A DNA stretch of 64,000 nucleotides from Candidatus Cloacimonadota bacterium (GCA_002742935.1 PDON01000066.1:6185-70184), one strand, 5' to 3'; shown: positions 9,863 through 19,954, numbered from the stretch's first letter. Made by a program: numbers and translations. Notes: generated from the letters alone by a model not told the origin.

Positions 9863-10273
9863 ATGAAAGATATTCAAATTCGCACAGCAAGAGAGATGAA
9901 TCTTTTTGAATTTTTGATTGAGAAAGGTTTTCACATTGAAGAGATTGACAGTAACATCTTTAAAGTTGATAGAGATGGAGAGATACCGGTGTTCATCAAC
10001 CTTAGTAACAACAACATCTTCTTCCTTGTGGATCTTGGAAGTATAAATGATTTTGCAAGTGAGGAGTTATACTTTAAACTTCTGGATATTAACACTGAAA
10101 TCTTACCTGTTAGCGTTGGTGTTGACAGCTCAAACAAAGATGATAAAAGATTGGTGTTAGTTGAAAGTAGAGAGACAAAGAATCTTGATGACAATGAGCT
10201 TTTATCTGTCTTTGATGCTTTAGAGATTGCCGCAGATAAGATAGAGATTTTACTCAGTACATATTTAACTTAA
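9863..10273 (+). CDS. hypothetical acidic cytosolic protein (YjfI/YbjN-like, weak call)
   Basis: 136 aa, RBS AGAGGAG. Its position just upstream of a PspA/IM30 gene recalls the E. coli yjfI-yjfJ pairing. Similarity not verified. Confidence 0.4.
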   Translation: MKDIQIRTAREMNLFEFLIEKGFHIEEIDSNIFKVDRDGEIPVFINLSNNNIFFLVDLGSINDFASEELYFKLLDINTEILPVSVGVDSSNKDDKRLVLVESRETKNLDDNELLSVFDALEIAADKIEILLSTYLT

Positions 10274-10286
10274 ATTCGGGTATAAG

Positions 10287-10823
10287 ATGTCGAAAGAGAA
10301 TAGACAAAAGCTCATAAAAGAGTTTAAAGAGATATCAACTAAAGTGTCAGAACTTGATAAGGAGTTAACAATCCTTGCAGAAGATTTAGCTTACAGGATA
10401 AAACTTTTTATTAGAGAAAGCTCTCTTTCAAGAGAGGATTGGTGTAAAAAGCATGATATAGATATTGAAACATTTGATGAGGATCTTGCCAAAGAGAATA
10501 TATTTTCTCTTAAAAAGTATCTTGATCTGATACTTGGAAATAAACCGGAAGTTAAGTCTCTATTTACATCTATTGATAAATCAAAGTCAATACCGGGTTT
10601 AAGTAGGGTAGTAAAAGCACTAAAGGAAAATGATGCCGAAAAGATTTGGAATGCTATAAGCTACTATATACTAATGAATCATAAAAATATTCAAAAATAT
10701 TGTGAAGATTATTCTAAATCCGGTTTTAATATTAAATACTCAACATTCAGAACGGATAAATACAATAAGGCTTTAAACACAGCAAAGAAGTATGCAAGTA
10801 TGATTGTTGAGAATAATAATTGA
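10287..10823 (+). CDS. hypothetical protein
   Basis: 178-aa ORF 13 nt after the previous stop; no recognisable motif. Confidence 0.5.
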   Translation: MSKENRQKLIKEFKEISTKVSELDKELTILAEDLAYRIKLFIRESSLSREDWCKKHDIDIETFDEDLAKENIFSLKKYLDLILGNKPEVKSLFTSIDKSKSIPGLSRVVKALKENDAEKIWNAISYYILMNHKNIQKYCEDYSKSGFNIKYSTFRTDKYNKALNTAKKYASMIVENNN

Positions 10824-10841
10824 CAAAACTCAACAAAAAGC

Positions 10842-10870
10842 TTGACAAAAAAACAAAAAATACTTATAAT
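10842..10870 (+). promoter_or_regulatory. consensus sigma-70 promoter for the PspA-like gene
   Basis: TTGACA (10842-10847), exactly 17 nt spacer, TATAAT (10865-10870); 37 nt upstream of the ATG. Confidence 0.65.
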
Positions 10871-10907
10871 AGTATTGTAGATAAATTACTAAAACCAGGA
10901 GGGAATT

Positions 10908-11600
10908 ATGGGATTCTTCTCAAGATTGTTTAAAATAGGGGAAGCTAAGGCAAACCAAATAGCTGATTCACTTGAAAAACCGGAACTGATGTTAGATCAA
11001 GCAATCAGAGATAAAGAAAAACAACTTAAAGAAGCTAAAGAAAGTGTCCAAAAAGTTATTGCTGAAGAGAGAAGAATGAAAGCAATGCTTGATAAGGAGC
11101 TGGGACAAAAAGAGATGTGGGAAAGTAAAGCAAACTCTGCATTATCTGCAGGTAAAGAGGATCTTGCCGTTAAAGCTTTACAGAGAAGCGAAGAACATGA
11201 ATCAAATTCAAAAAGTTTAACTTCTCAATGGGAAGGACTAAAAAGCCAAGTTGATGAGTTGAAAAATATTATTAGAAAGAGCCAAGATGAGGTTGCCGAA
11301 ATAAAGAGAAATAAGGAACTTCTTATAGCTCAAAGTAAGGCTTCAGAGGTAAAAAAAGATATTTTTCAAGCTAAAGCAAAAATTGGTCGTAAAAGTGATA
11401 CAGAAGATCTAATTTCAAGAATGAAAGCTAAAGCAGAAAATAGTAAATTTGAAGCTGAAGCAGCTCAAGAGATGGCAGAGGATCTTGATGGTAAGGATAG
11501 TTTGGAAAAAGAGTTTAGTTCTCTTGAAGCTAATAATGATGTAGTATCAGATTCAATACAAGAGAAGCTTGCGGCTATGAAAGCTAAAATAAATAAGTAG
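10908..11600 (+). CDS. PspA/IM30 family protein
   Basis: MGFFSRLFKIGEAKANQIADSLEKPELMLDQAIRD... N-terminus and a long coiled-coil, 230 aa. RBS AGGAGGG. Confidence 0.85.
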   Translation: MGFFSRLFKIGEAKANQIADSLEKPELMLDQAIRDKEKQLKEAKESVQKVIAEERRMKAMLDKELGQKEMWESKANSALSAGKEDLAVKALQRSEEHESNSKSLTSQWEGLKSQVDELKNIIRKSQDEVAEIKRNKELLIAQSKASEVKKDIFQAKAKIGRKSDTEDLISRMKAKAENSKFEAEAAQEMAEDLDGKDSLEKEFSSLEANNDVVSDSIQEKLAAMKAKINK

Positions 11601-11627
11601 ATAATACTTAGCAAATATTAAATAGAG

Positions 11628-11660
11628 AAAGCCATAAAAATTATTTTTATGGCTTTTTTT
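11628..11660. terminator. bidirectional terminator between convergent genes
   Basis: AAAGCCATAAAAA pairs with TTTTTATGGCTTT (13 bp), 3-nt loop. A-run upstream and T-run downstream. Confidence 0.7.
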
Positions 11661-11686
11661 AAATATTTAAATCTATAAGATTAAAT

Positions 11687-12298
11687 TTAAGACTCCCAAA
11701 GTTTTAACCCTGAAAATGTCTCTACAAATTTCTCAAAGCTCTGTTCAATACTTATCCCATATTGGTTACAATATTTATCCCCTATAAGAATAAAACCCAT
11801 ACTTGGAATAAAATGATAGAAAAAATGACGAAGCCTGTAGGTATCAATATCCTTAATAATATAACCACTCTTCTCAACGAGTCTTATCAAACTGTCAAAA
11901 GTAAGATCCAATATATCAAAAATCTTAGGTTTTTTCTTTGAGCTGTTAAGCATCTCATACATAATGATCTTTAAAACATTTTTCTTCTTCTTTAAGTGAG
12001 AAATTATTGTTGTGTAGAAATCAAGAACAAGACCCTTATTTCCCTTTATCACCCGCTCATAGTTACTCTCTAAAGACTCAATAATCTCTTTAGCATTCTC
12101 TTTTAGAAGAGCTTCTAAAAGAAGTTCTTTACTACCAAAATAGTAGTAAATTAAAGCTTTATTGACAGAAGCTTTTTTAGCTATATAGTCAACCCTTGCA
12201 GCATCAAACCCCTTCTCGGCAAAAACCTTTTCGGAAACCCTTAAAATTTTATTCCTGGTTTTATTCCCATTAGTTTTATTTCTCATTATAAACTCCAT
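11687..12298 (-). CDS. TetR/AcrR family transcriptional regulator
   Basis: N-terminal HTH ILRVSEKVFAEKGFDAARVDYIAKKASVNKALIYYYFGSKE; about 200 aa. Confidence 0.85.
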   Translation of the reverse strand: MEFIMRNKTNGNKTRNKILRVSEKVFAEKGFDAARVDYIAKKASVNKALIYYYFGSKELLLEALLKENAKEIIESLESNYERVIKGNKGLVLDFYTTIISHLKKKKNVLKIIMYEMLNSSKKKPKIFDILDLTFDSLIRLVEKSGYIIKDIDTYRLRHFFYHFIPSMGFILIGDKYCNQYGISIEQSFEKFVETFSGLKLWES

Positions 12299-12562
12299 AA
12301 ATCCTTAACTAACTGGTTAATATAAATTGTAAATAATTAGTGTGCAATATTAAAATTTTCAACTTTTTGATTACTCCCAAGAAAATAGGTTTCTATATCT
12401 TACTAATCTTTAATAAATGTATAAACATAAAAGTTACGGTAAAATTAAATTGAGGAGTGGAACCTGCAATAGTAGAAAAATTCTGAAAAGCCGTTCTCAA
12501 AAACAAACACAAAGAGAAAGCTAAACTAAATTTTACCTATACTAACCTTAGTTTGACAGCTG

Positions 12563-13645
12563 CTAAACAGGTTTTAATGAATACAAAGTACCGTTTTTAT
12601 ATACAATACCTTCAAGCTCCATATCAAATAAAATGGAAAGAATATCTGAAAGAGAAAGATTTAATTGTTCCTTAATCTGATCCGGTGAGAGATTATCATT
12701 TTTTAAAAGCTTATAAATTTTCTCTTGATCTTTTGTTAAACTCTTTTCACTCTTTTCAGATTTTGATTTTTCAAAGTTTAAGTATGGGAACTCACTTAAA
12801 ATATCATCAATGGAAGTTACAATTTTTCCGTAATTATCCCTTATAATTTGGTTTGTTCCTGCTACAGATGATGAAAATGCTATATTTGGAACAGCAAAGA
12901 CTTCCCTATTTTGTTCAAGTGCAAATTTTGCCGTAATTAAAGATCCTGATTTCTCTCTTGCCTCTGTAACTAAAACACCTAAAGAAAGACCACTTATTAT
13001 TCTATTTCTCTTGGGGAAATTATATGGAACAGCTATAGTACCGGGCATATAGGGAGATATTATCGCTCCATCATTTGCCAATATTTTTTTTCTTAATTTT
13101 ATATTTGGTAGATTTGAGTTCATATCAATACCACAACCTAATACCCCTATTGTTCTAAAACCATTTTCTACACAATAATTTTGAGCAACAAAGTCAGCTC
13201 CGTAAGCCATTCCGCTTACAATAACAAAACCAGCCTCGCAAAGATCTTTTGTAAGCTTTTCAGTAACATACCTACCATGATTTGAGATCTTTCTGGAACC
13301 AACAACAGCTAAAGAGAATCTATCGGATTCTCTAATCTCACCTTCAACAAAAAGATAGAGTGGAGGATCGGGAATCTCTTTTAACTGCTTAGGATAGCTA
13401 TCTGAAAAATAGTTTAAAACTTTAACCCCTCTATTCTTCTTTAAGAACAGCTCCAAATCTTTAACAAAATCCAGATTAGGTTTATCCTTAATAAAGTATT
13501 GAAGCTCTATATCTGTCAATAGTAGAGAGTAGTTTTCAATTAGATAATCTAAAGAATAGTTATATGAAAGCTCAATAACCCTCTGATTTTTAATATATTT
13601 GATCTGAGATAGATATAAAATTTTTACTAAATATGGATCTAACAA
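12563..13645 (-). CDS. dprA: DNA processing protein DprA (Smf)
   Basis: Rossmann-like core AVVGSRKISNHGRYV...VSGMAYGADFVAQNY...GSLITAKFALEQNREVFAVP and a C-terminal winged-helix-like tail. Confidence 0.9.
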   Translation of the reverse strand: MLDPYLVKILYLSQIKYIKNQRVIELSYNYSLDYLIENYSLLLTDIELQYFIKDKPNLDFVKDLELFLKKNRGVKVLNYFSDSYPKQLKEIPDPPLYLFVEGEIRESDRFSLAVVGSRKISNHGRYVTEKLTKDLCEAGFVIVSGMAYGADFVAQNYCVENGFRTIGVLGCGIDMNSNLPNIKLRKKILANDGAIISPYMPGTIAVPYNFPKRNRIISGLSLGVLVTEAREKSGSLITAKFALEQNREVFAVPNIAFSSSVAGTNQIIRDNYGKIVTSIDDILSEFPYLNFEKSKSEKSEKSLTKDQEKIYKLLKNDNLSPDQIKEQLNLSLSDILSILFDMELEGIVYKNGTLYSLKPV

Positions 13646-16035
13646 TTTTTTAGCTCCTCAAGTCTTATTTTATACAGATACTTTGGAACTTTTTCGTAGA
13701 GAGATTTATAACCTCTAATAGCATTCCTTTTAAGATCGCTGAGGTTGTATGTTAAACGAATCTCCTCTTCCGCATCATTTATCAAAAGATTATAAATTGT
13801 ATAGTAAAGAGCTATCTTATTCTCCTTCTTCTCTTCCGAGTAGATCTTTGCTATCAATAGCTTTATTATATCATCTTGAATTTTTAACACAGATTTAAAT
13901 CTCTTTGAGCGAATAAAATCAAGTTTTTTAACAAAAAGCCAAGAGTCAAAAATAATATCCCCTCTCTCAACATCACAAGCTAACTTATAAGCTTTTTTAC
14001 CCAATTTTTGAGCAGAATCAAGATCTTTTTGTAAAAATAGCAACTCTGCTTTTTCATATATAAAACTACATAAATAATATTTATCATCAATATTTTTAGA
14101 AATTTTTATTGCATAATCATAATATTCTAAAGCAAGCTTATATTTAACAATATTTTTATAAATATCAGCTATATTGGCATAAGCAACAGAAGTTAATTGT
14201 CTGTTACCTGCCTGTTTAGATTTTTCCAACATCATATTAAAATTTATAAGAGCTTTAGAAAAATCACCTTTACTTAAATAAACATTCCCAATATTTGATA
14301 TTGCGGTAATTATTCCATTTAAATTCTCACTCTTAGTTGAAAAACTTAAAAGCTGCTTATAGTTAAACATAGCATTATCAAACTCACCCATTTCATCATA
14401 GATACAACCAATGTTGTTTAAAAGCCTAACCATTTGAGAGTTGTTTGTTATAGTTTTACACAAATTATAAGCTTCTTTATGGTAGTAAAGGGCTTTTTTT
14501 AATTGCATCTTTTTAAAGTATATTACACCAATGTTACCCAATGCTTTAACTTTTGATAGGGTGTACTCCTTTTCTTTAGCATAATGGATAACATTTTTAT
14601 AAAATTTTAAACTTTGTTGATACCTTCCTAAAGCTTCATTTACAACACCCAATACCTGATTTGAGTTAATAATCTCTTGGGTATCTTTAATAGCTTCCGC
14701 AAGTTTAATTGTTTTCTTGGCAAACTCAATACTAGTTTTATAGTTTGCCATCATGTAGTGCTGAACAGCTAAATTTGCATTGAGAAGCATAATATATTTT
14801 TTATTGTCACTCTCTTTGGCTATTTTAAGACCCTCTGAAAAGCTTTTTAAAGCACCTCTCTTATCCCCTATCTTCTGATAGATATATCCAAGCTTATGAT
14901 AGATATTTGTTATAAGATAAGGCTTATTAATAGTTTTTAATAAAATAAGAACTTGATTATAAAAATCTATAGCCTTTCGATTCTCATTATCTTTAGCAGC
15001 GAATTCTCCAACCCTTGAAAGATATTCAACAGCAGGTTCCAATAGCTCTAACGAAAAACTTTTCTCCCAAAAATCTTCAATATTTAAAATATCCTTAAAT
15101 TTTGTTATATAGTTATCCACAATAATTGGAGGTATATTTAAAAGAAGTTTTTTTATCAGTTTTTTAGGAATAAAACCTCTAAAATTATCTGAAGATTCCA
15201 TATCTCTTTTATAGTTATAATGTAAAAGATAAGCGTATGTTTCAATCAAAAGCTGTTTCTCATTTTCAATCTTAAGCTCTGTAAAAGATGATTTCTTCAT
15301 ACTAAAAGACAGAGATCTTATTCTTTTAAGCTTATCTTTATCAATTTTTGTGTAGGAGAGGTTAAACTTATCTTTTATAACCATCTCAATGGGAGTTTTT
15401 TTCTTGGAATAAGCAGAAGAATCATTAAAGTAGAACTTTAGGAAATCTTTATTTAGACCACACTTTATCAATTTGGTTATTATATAATCCACAAATATAG
15501 CTATTGCTATACCGGATCTTTCATAAGAGTAACCAACAAACTCTATTCCGGTCGCTTTACCTTCAACTATAATCTGGTAGTTAGGAAGATGTAACTCCTC
15601 TTGATTACCTAAACTGTTTTTCTTTATAAATATATAAAATTCGGTTAGGGGAACACCTTCATAAATATTCTTAACAACCTCACTTTTTTTGTTAAGCCCC
15701 GCCTCTCTTATCTTTTTATTTATTGCCGTTACCGAGTAGTTGATATTTAAAATATTTTTTATTTTATTAGCACTTAAATTGGTATTGCTTCTCTTCAAAC
15801 TTAGTATACTCTCTTCAATACTTAAAGGCATCTTATCCGGCTGATTCTGATGCTTCTTTGATCTGTTAACTAGAGAAGAATCTCCCCCTTCTTGGTATCT
15901 TTTGAGCCATTTACTTACAGTTTTTCTATTGATATTAAAAAGTTCTGCTGTTTTTGAAATCCCGATTTTTTCAGCAGATTTTATAATCTCCAATCTTCTA
16001 GCTAATTTTTCATCCATAGATACAAAGCTTCTCAA
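13639..16035 (-). CDS. HTH (transposase-type) + TPR-repeat protein
   Basis: N-terminus ISKTAELFNINRKTVSKWLKRYQEGG resembles the IS481/IS630-type HTH. The C-terminal ~450 aa are tandem TPR-like repeats (AL..Y..AL.I.). The stop overlaps the dprA start by 7 nt. The start may be ATG 16017. Confidence 0.7.
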   Translation of the reverse strand: MRSFVSMDEKLARRLEIIKSAEKIGISKTAELFNINRKTVSKWLKRYQEGGDSSLVNRSKKHQNQPDKMPLSIEESILSLKRSNTNLSANKIKNILNINYSVTAINKKIREAGLNKKSEVVKNIYEGVPLTEFYIFIKKNSLGNQEELHLPNYQIIVEGKATGIEFVGYSYERSGIAIAIFVDYIITKLIKCGLNKDFLKFYFNDSSAYSKKKTPIEMVIKDKFNLSYTKIDKDKLKRIRSLSFSMKKSSFTELKIENEKQLLIETYAYLLHYNYKRDMESSDNFRGFIPKKLIKKLLLNIPPIIVDNYITKFKDILNIEDFWEKSFSLELLEPAVEYLSRVGEFAAKDNENRKAIDFYNQVLILLKTINKPYLITNIYHKLGYIYQKIGDKRGALKSFSEGLKIAKESDNKKYIMLLNANLAVQHYMMANYKTSIEFAKKTIKLAEAIKDTQEIINSNQVLGVVNEALGRYQQSLKFYKNVIHYAKEKEYTLSKVKALGNIGVIYFKKMQLKKALYYHKEAYNLCKTITNNSQMVRLLNNIGCIYDEMGEFDNAMFNYKQLLSFSTKSENLNGIITAISNIGNVYLSKGDFSKALINFNMMLEKSKQAGNRQLTSVAYANIADIYKNIVKYKLALEYYDYAIKISKNIDDKYYLCSFIYEKAELLFLQKDLDSAQKLGKKAYKLACDVERGDIIFDSWLFVKKLDFIRSKRFKSVLKIQDDIIKLLIAKIYSEEKKENKIALYYTIYNLLINDAEEEIRLTYNLSDLKRNAIRGYKSLYEKVPKYLYKIRLEELKNC

Positions 16036-16249
16036 TAGTTAGAATTACAATTTCTATATTTTTAATTCCAAATGCAAGATAAATAAAGAAAGGTTCATCT
16101 TAAGATAATTATCCAGAGAAAGTTTCAATTATCAATTTCTATTGTAAAATCCTGTGTTATTACTAGTTCAGAATCTGCTAAAAAGGGTAAAGGAGGATTA
16201 TCTAAATTGATAATTCAAAATTAACTTTCTTGTAACTCGCTAGTATTTA

Positions 16250-16278
16250 TTGCTTTTTCAATAGAACCCTTATATAAG
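16250..16278 (+). promoter_or_regulatory. putative sigma-70 promoter
   Basis: TTGCTT (16250-16255), 17 nt spacer, TATAAG (16273-16278). The spacer carries the recurrent TTTTCAATAGAACC box. Confidence 0.4.
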
Positions 16279-16343
16279 TTTTGAGATTTGGCTTAATAGA
16301 TAAATTTCACTATATTGTTATAGTAAAGGAGCAGGTGATTATT

Positions 16344-16946
16344 ATGGAGATATCTTCTCTTTCAAATACCTACTATAACTTAAAAGATTACAATCGCCAA
16401 AGCTGTAGTTGTGGATCCTGTTATAAATGTAACCCTCTTATGAAGAGTAGAGAGGGTAATGGCAACTCTTTAGAAAAAAAGGATCATCTTTCTGAATCTG
16501 ACAAAAAGATGGTTGAGAAACTTAAAGCCAGAGAAAAAGAGGTTGTAACCCATGAACAGGCTCATGTTGCTGCCGGTGCTTCATCTCCAAGCTATACCTA
16601 TACTATGGGTCCTGATAATAGAAGATATATTACAGGAGGTCATGCTCAAATTGATGTAGGTGAAGAGTCTACACCTGAGAAAACCATATCTAAAATGAGA
16701 ACGGTTATCAGAGCGGCTTTAGCTCCATCAAAACCATCATCTACAGATAGGAATGTTGCCGCAAAAGCACAGAGATTACTGGAGAAAGCTCAGCAAGAGT
16801 TAAATAAAGAGAAAAGTGAAAAAAAAGAAAATACTCAAGAAGATCTAAAAATATCCGAAAAGAGTATAGATGGATTAAGTGGTCATAACAGATCACAATC
16901 TATGGATTCCTTCTATAAGGGAAACTTTTTTGATAGAGTTGGTTAA
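16344..16946 (+). CDS. SprA-related putative metalloprotease family protein
   Basis: ATG 16344 lies behind RBS AAGGAGCAGG; the track start 16281 is an upstream TTG. Motif VVTHEQAHVAAGASSPSYTYTMGPDNRRYITGGHAQID matches my memory of the SprA-related family. Confidence 0.65.
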   Translation: MEISSLSNTYYNLKDYNRQSCSCGSCYKCNPLMKSREGNGNSLEKKDHLSESDKKMVEKLKAREKEVVTHEQAHVAAGASSPSYTYTMGPDNRRYITGGHAQIDVGEESTPEKTISKMRTVIRAALAPSKPSSTDRNVAAKAQRLLEKAQQELNKEKSEKKENTQEDLKISEKSIDGLSGHNRSQSMDSFYKGNFFDRVG

Positions 16947-16965
16947 ATTTTTAATGAGGAGAGAT

Positions 16966-17139
16966 ATGGAAATAGAGATTAAGCAAGCACTTTTTGCTTT
17001 TCAAGCTCAAAAAGAGAAGATGGAAGCAGTAGCAAAGCTCTATCCTTCTCCGGAGAAGTTGAAAATTGAGGAAACTCCTGTTGAGCAAAGCAGAGGAAGG
17101 GATTTAAACCTGGGTAAGAGTTTTGATGTGTATGGGTAG
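16966..17139 (+). CDS. small hypothetical protein (57 aa)
   Basis: ATG 16966 lies 6 nt after AGGAGAG. The longer track ORF (16879) overlaps the previous gene and is unlikely. Confidence 0.35.
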   Translation: MEIEIKQALFAFQAQKEKMEAVAKLYPSPEKLKIEETPVEQSRGRDLNLGKSFDVYG

Positions 17140-17220
17140 GAGTATAATCTAGAATCTTCTAAAAAGTTTGGAAATATACTATTTAATAGTTTGTAAAAAG
17201 ATAGATAAATATTGGTAATT

Positions 17221-17250
17221 AAAAAGAGGGTCAAAATTGACCCTCTTTTA
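17221..17250. terminator. bidirectional terminator
   Basis: AGAGGGTCAA (17225-17234) pairs with TTGACCCTCT (17237-17246). A-run before and T-run after; between convergent genes. Confidence 0.7.
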
Positions 17251-17269
17251 TTTACGATTATACCCCCCT

Positions 17270-18379
17270 CTACTCAACAGGGAAGATGTTTATCCTATCC
17301 CCTCTATTTTCATAGTCGAAATCCTTACCCTTATAAACACTGTTCATAAGAGTATCCCCAATTTCATCAATATAGTCATCAATAGATCCGTTAATCCAAA
17401 TCTTAAACTCTGTTGATGAAACCTTTTTAACCTCTTTTGCAGATGTTCTTAAGATATCTAAAACAGCTTTTTTAACCTTTCTACCCTTAGGAAGTTTGCT
17501 AAATTGAATAACATACATTTTACCTTTATCAAGTTGAAGCTTCCAATAACCTTTTACCTGTTTCATCATTAAAGGCATAAGTTTTGTAACTGCTTGATCT
17601 ATATTTCTATCGTAAGCAGTATTATTACCTCTAACCTCATCACTGTATCCATTTTGGGTACCTAAAAGCTTTGCCGTTGAAGCGTTAAAAATCTTTGCTG
17701 TAGCCTTAGCTTTCTTCTTTCCGTAACCTGTATCCTCTAAAATAATAGATACTGTTACATAAATATCAGACTTCAATTTTTTTGCTAAGATTTCAGCCAT
17801 ATCAACATCTTCGTTTAGAGCAGCTTGTTTCATAGAGATATCATCTTCAATCATAGCATTAAGCTGATCAAGGTCATAAACATCATATCTGTATGTTGTG
17901 AAGTACTGGTTTATTTGGTTGATAGCTTGTTCTGTATATCTCTTATCATATTGAACACCTTTTGGTGCGTAGAAAACAACAATAGAAGGATTGTCTAGTT
18001 GAGACATTAAAACACCCAAAGCTTCAAGATCCGAAAGAAGGATATCTTTAGAGATCCAAGCTTTTATCTTCACTACCCATAAATCCCCTTCATCTTTATA
18101 CTTATCAAGAACCTCATACTTTTTAACAAAAGCTTCAGATTTTGCTAAAATTTTGTCCTTTACGGTCTGGTAGTTATTTATCTCTGTTTCAGCAACTATA
18201 TATGTTCCAACAGCGGTATCAATAGCCATTCTTTGAGCTTGCTCTATAGCTTGAGGAACGGTTTGTCCCATACCCTCAACTGTAACTTCCGTAACATTGT
18301 GATCGTGAGAAAACTCACTTGTTTGACCAAAAGATACCGAAACTAAACCAATGAGAAAAATTATAAATATATTCTTCAT
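17270..18379 (-). CDS. secreted hypothetical protein (LPP20/FlgT-N-like N-terminal domain, tentative)
   Basis: Signal peptide MKNIFIIFLIGLVSVSFGQ, then VTVEGMGQTVPQAIEQAQRMAIDTAVGTYI... RBS GGAGGAG. Confidence 0.55.
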   Translation of the reverse strand: MKNIFIIFLIGLVSVSFGQTSEFSHDHNVTEVTVEGMGQTVPQAIEQAQRMAIDTAVGTYIVAETEINNYQTVKDKILAKSEAFVKKYEVLDKYKDEGDLWVVKIKAWISKDILLSDLEALGVLMSQLDNPSIVVFYAPKGVQYDKRYTEQAINQINQYFTTYRYDVYDLDQLNAMIEDDISMKQAALNEDVDMAEILAKKLKSDIYVTVSIILEDTGYGKKKAKATAKIFNASTAKLLGTQNGYSDEVRGNNTAYDRNIDQAVTKLMPLMMKQVKGYWKLQLDKGKMYVIQFSKLPKGRKVKKAVLDILRTSAKEVKKVSSTEFKIWINGSIDDYIDEIGDTLMNSVYKGKDFDYENRGDRINIFPVE

Positions 18380-18391
18380 TATCTCCTCCTA

Positions 18392-19954
18392 CTATATGTT
18401 ATAACCAATGGATAGTTTTGCAATAAAACCATTTGGAGTGTAAAACTTATCATCATAAAACTTTTTTGAAAATTGATCTCCGGAACTGTCTCCAACTTCA
18501 TTACCGTTACTATTGGTAAGATTGAGCATAAACCTATATCCGGTCATTAGTTGAAGAAAGAGATCTTTAGATATCAAGTATTCATAACCAAGTTCCAACT
18601 TGCCTCCATATGAATAACAATCCTCTGTGAGTGCATTAGGGTTGATATCTGTATCAGGTTCTCCTAGAGATCCAAAATCAACTCCCAATCCAAAATAACT
18701 AAATAGAACTCCGGCTACAAAAGCGGATCTTCTCTTATAAAACTTTTTTCTTAATCCAAGCTCATATGTAAAAGCTGAAAAGGAAAACTCATCCTTTTCA
18801 TTAAAATTATTACGAATTTTAATATCTTGAAGTAGATTGTACTCAATATTAGCTACGGCATAAAGTTCTGAGATGCTCAAATTTCTTCCAAGACCATACT
18901 CACCTGTTAAGCTAAAGGCAGAAACATAGCTATACTCATCATCTTTATCTAAACTATTTATAAAGTAATCCTCACCCCAACCTCTAAAACCGGTTATTCC
19001 AAAAGAAAGAATTGCGTTTAATCCCATTTTAGGATACTCTATAACTTGATCATACTCTGTATAAAGTTCACTCTCATTTTTATCTTTGGGATTAGTTACA
19101 ATTAAAAGTTGAGCTTCAGATTCATCGGAGTTTACCTTTCTAACCTTCATATACCCGGTCTCTACAAATATATCTTTTCCACCCTTTTTCTTTCTGTATC
19201 CAACCAGATAAGAATCATCTATTTTTATTCCTCCAACTTTCATTCCCATATCAAATGTTAGCTTATCATTATTAACATCAGCCTTGGTTAGGATAGCCTT
19301 TATTTTAAACTGATCAAGAGTCTTAAGCTCTTTAACCATCAGTTCAAGCATTGTAAGATAGGCTAGAGAAGAAGCGTCCTTTCTATTTTTTGAACCGCCT
19401 GTTAAAGGGTTATAGTTACTTCCCAATGCCTCAATCTCTTTAATTAGCTTAGGTTCCCAATTTGGATTTTCAGGAGTTCCCTTGTTTATGGCAGAATAGA
19501 CCTTCATCTTCATCTCAAGAGCACAACTATACTCATTCTTATCCTTATCGTAAACCATTGTAAACAGTGTTAATTTAGGGAAAAACAGATAAGTACCGTT
19601 TATAATTTTATCAACATTTTCACCTGAAATAAAGTTTGATCCATAAAAATCATTCTTAATATCCCACTGCCTTTCTGCTCTCTCATCAATCTTTGTTTCG
19701 GTATACTCTTTTACTATCTCAAAAAGTCTTTTAGGATCATTAATACCACTTGGAATTGGATTAAAATCAAATCTTCCTAGAGTTCTTAATCTTTCCATTA
19801 ACTCATATTGTCCCTTCCTAACCTCCTCTAAAGTAACCACTTCTGCAGCTTTATCAGATACAGACATTTTTGTAACTGATATTGACTTTCTATCATATTT
19901 TTCCATACCAAAGATTGAAACAGTCATAATAAGAAACAACAATACTCTATTCAT
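18392..19954 (-). CDS. secreted protein with beta-barrel-like C-terminal half
   Basis: Signal peptide MNRVLLFLIMTVSIFG. The C-terminal ~200 aa are rich in alternating aromatic/Gly strands. 12 nt upstream of the next gene. Confidence 0.55.
   Translation of the reverse strand: MNRVLLFLIMTVSIFGMEKYDRKSISVTKMSVSDKAAEVVTLEEVRKGQYELMERLRTLGRFDFNPIPSGINDPKRLFEIVKEYTETKIDERAERQWDIKNDFYGSNFISGENVDKIINGTYLFFPKLTLFTMVYDKDKNEYSCALEMKMKVYSAINKGTPENPNWEPKLIKEIEALGSNYNPLTGGSKNRKDASSLAYLTMLELMVKELKTLDQFKIKAILTKADVNNDKLTFDMGMKVGGIKIDDSYLVGYRKKKGGKDIFVETGYMKVRKVNSDESEAQLLIVTNPKDKNESELYTEYDQVIEYPKMGLNAILSFGITGFRGWGEDYFINSLDKDDEYSYVSAFSLTGEYGLGRNLSISELYAVANIEYNLLQDIKIRNNFNEKDEFSFSAFTYELGLRKKFYKRRSAFVAGVLFSYFGLGVDFGSLGEPDTDINPNALTEDCYSYGGKLELGYEYLISKDLFLQLMTGYRFMLNLTNSNGNEVGDSSGDQFSKKFYDDKFYTPNGFIAKLSIGYNI

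Noticed and set aside
12305-12320. TTAAC-N6-GTTAA inverted repeat just upstream of the TetR-family gene as its operator
   Set aside because: It is plausible, but only 5 + 5 nt in very AT-rich DNA, so it is expected by chance. No second copy or adjacent divergent target gene supports it.
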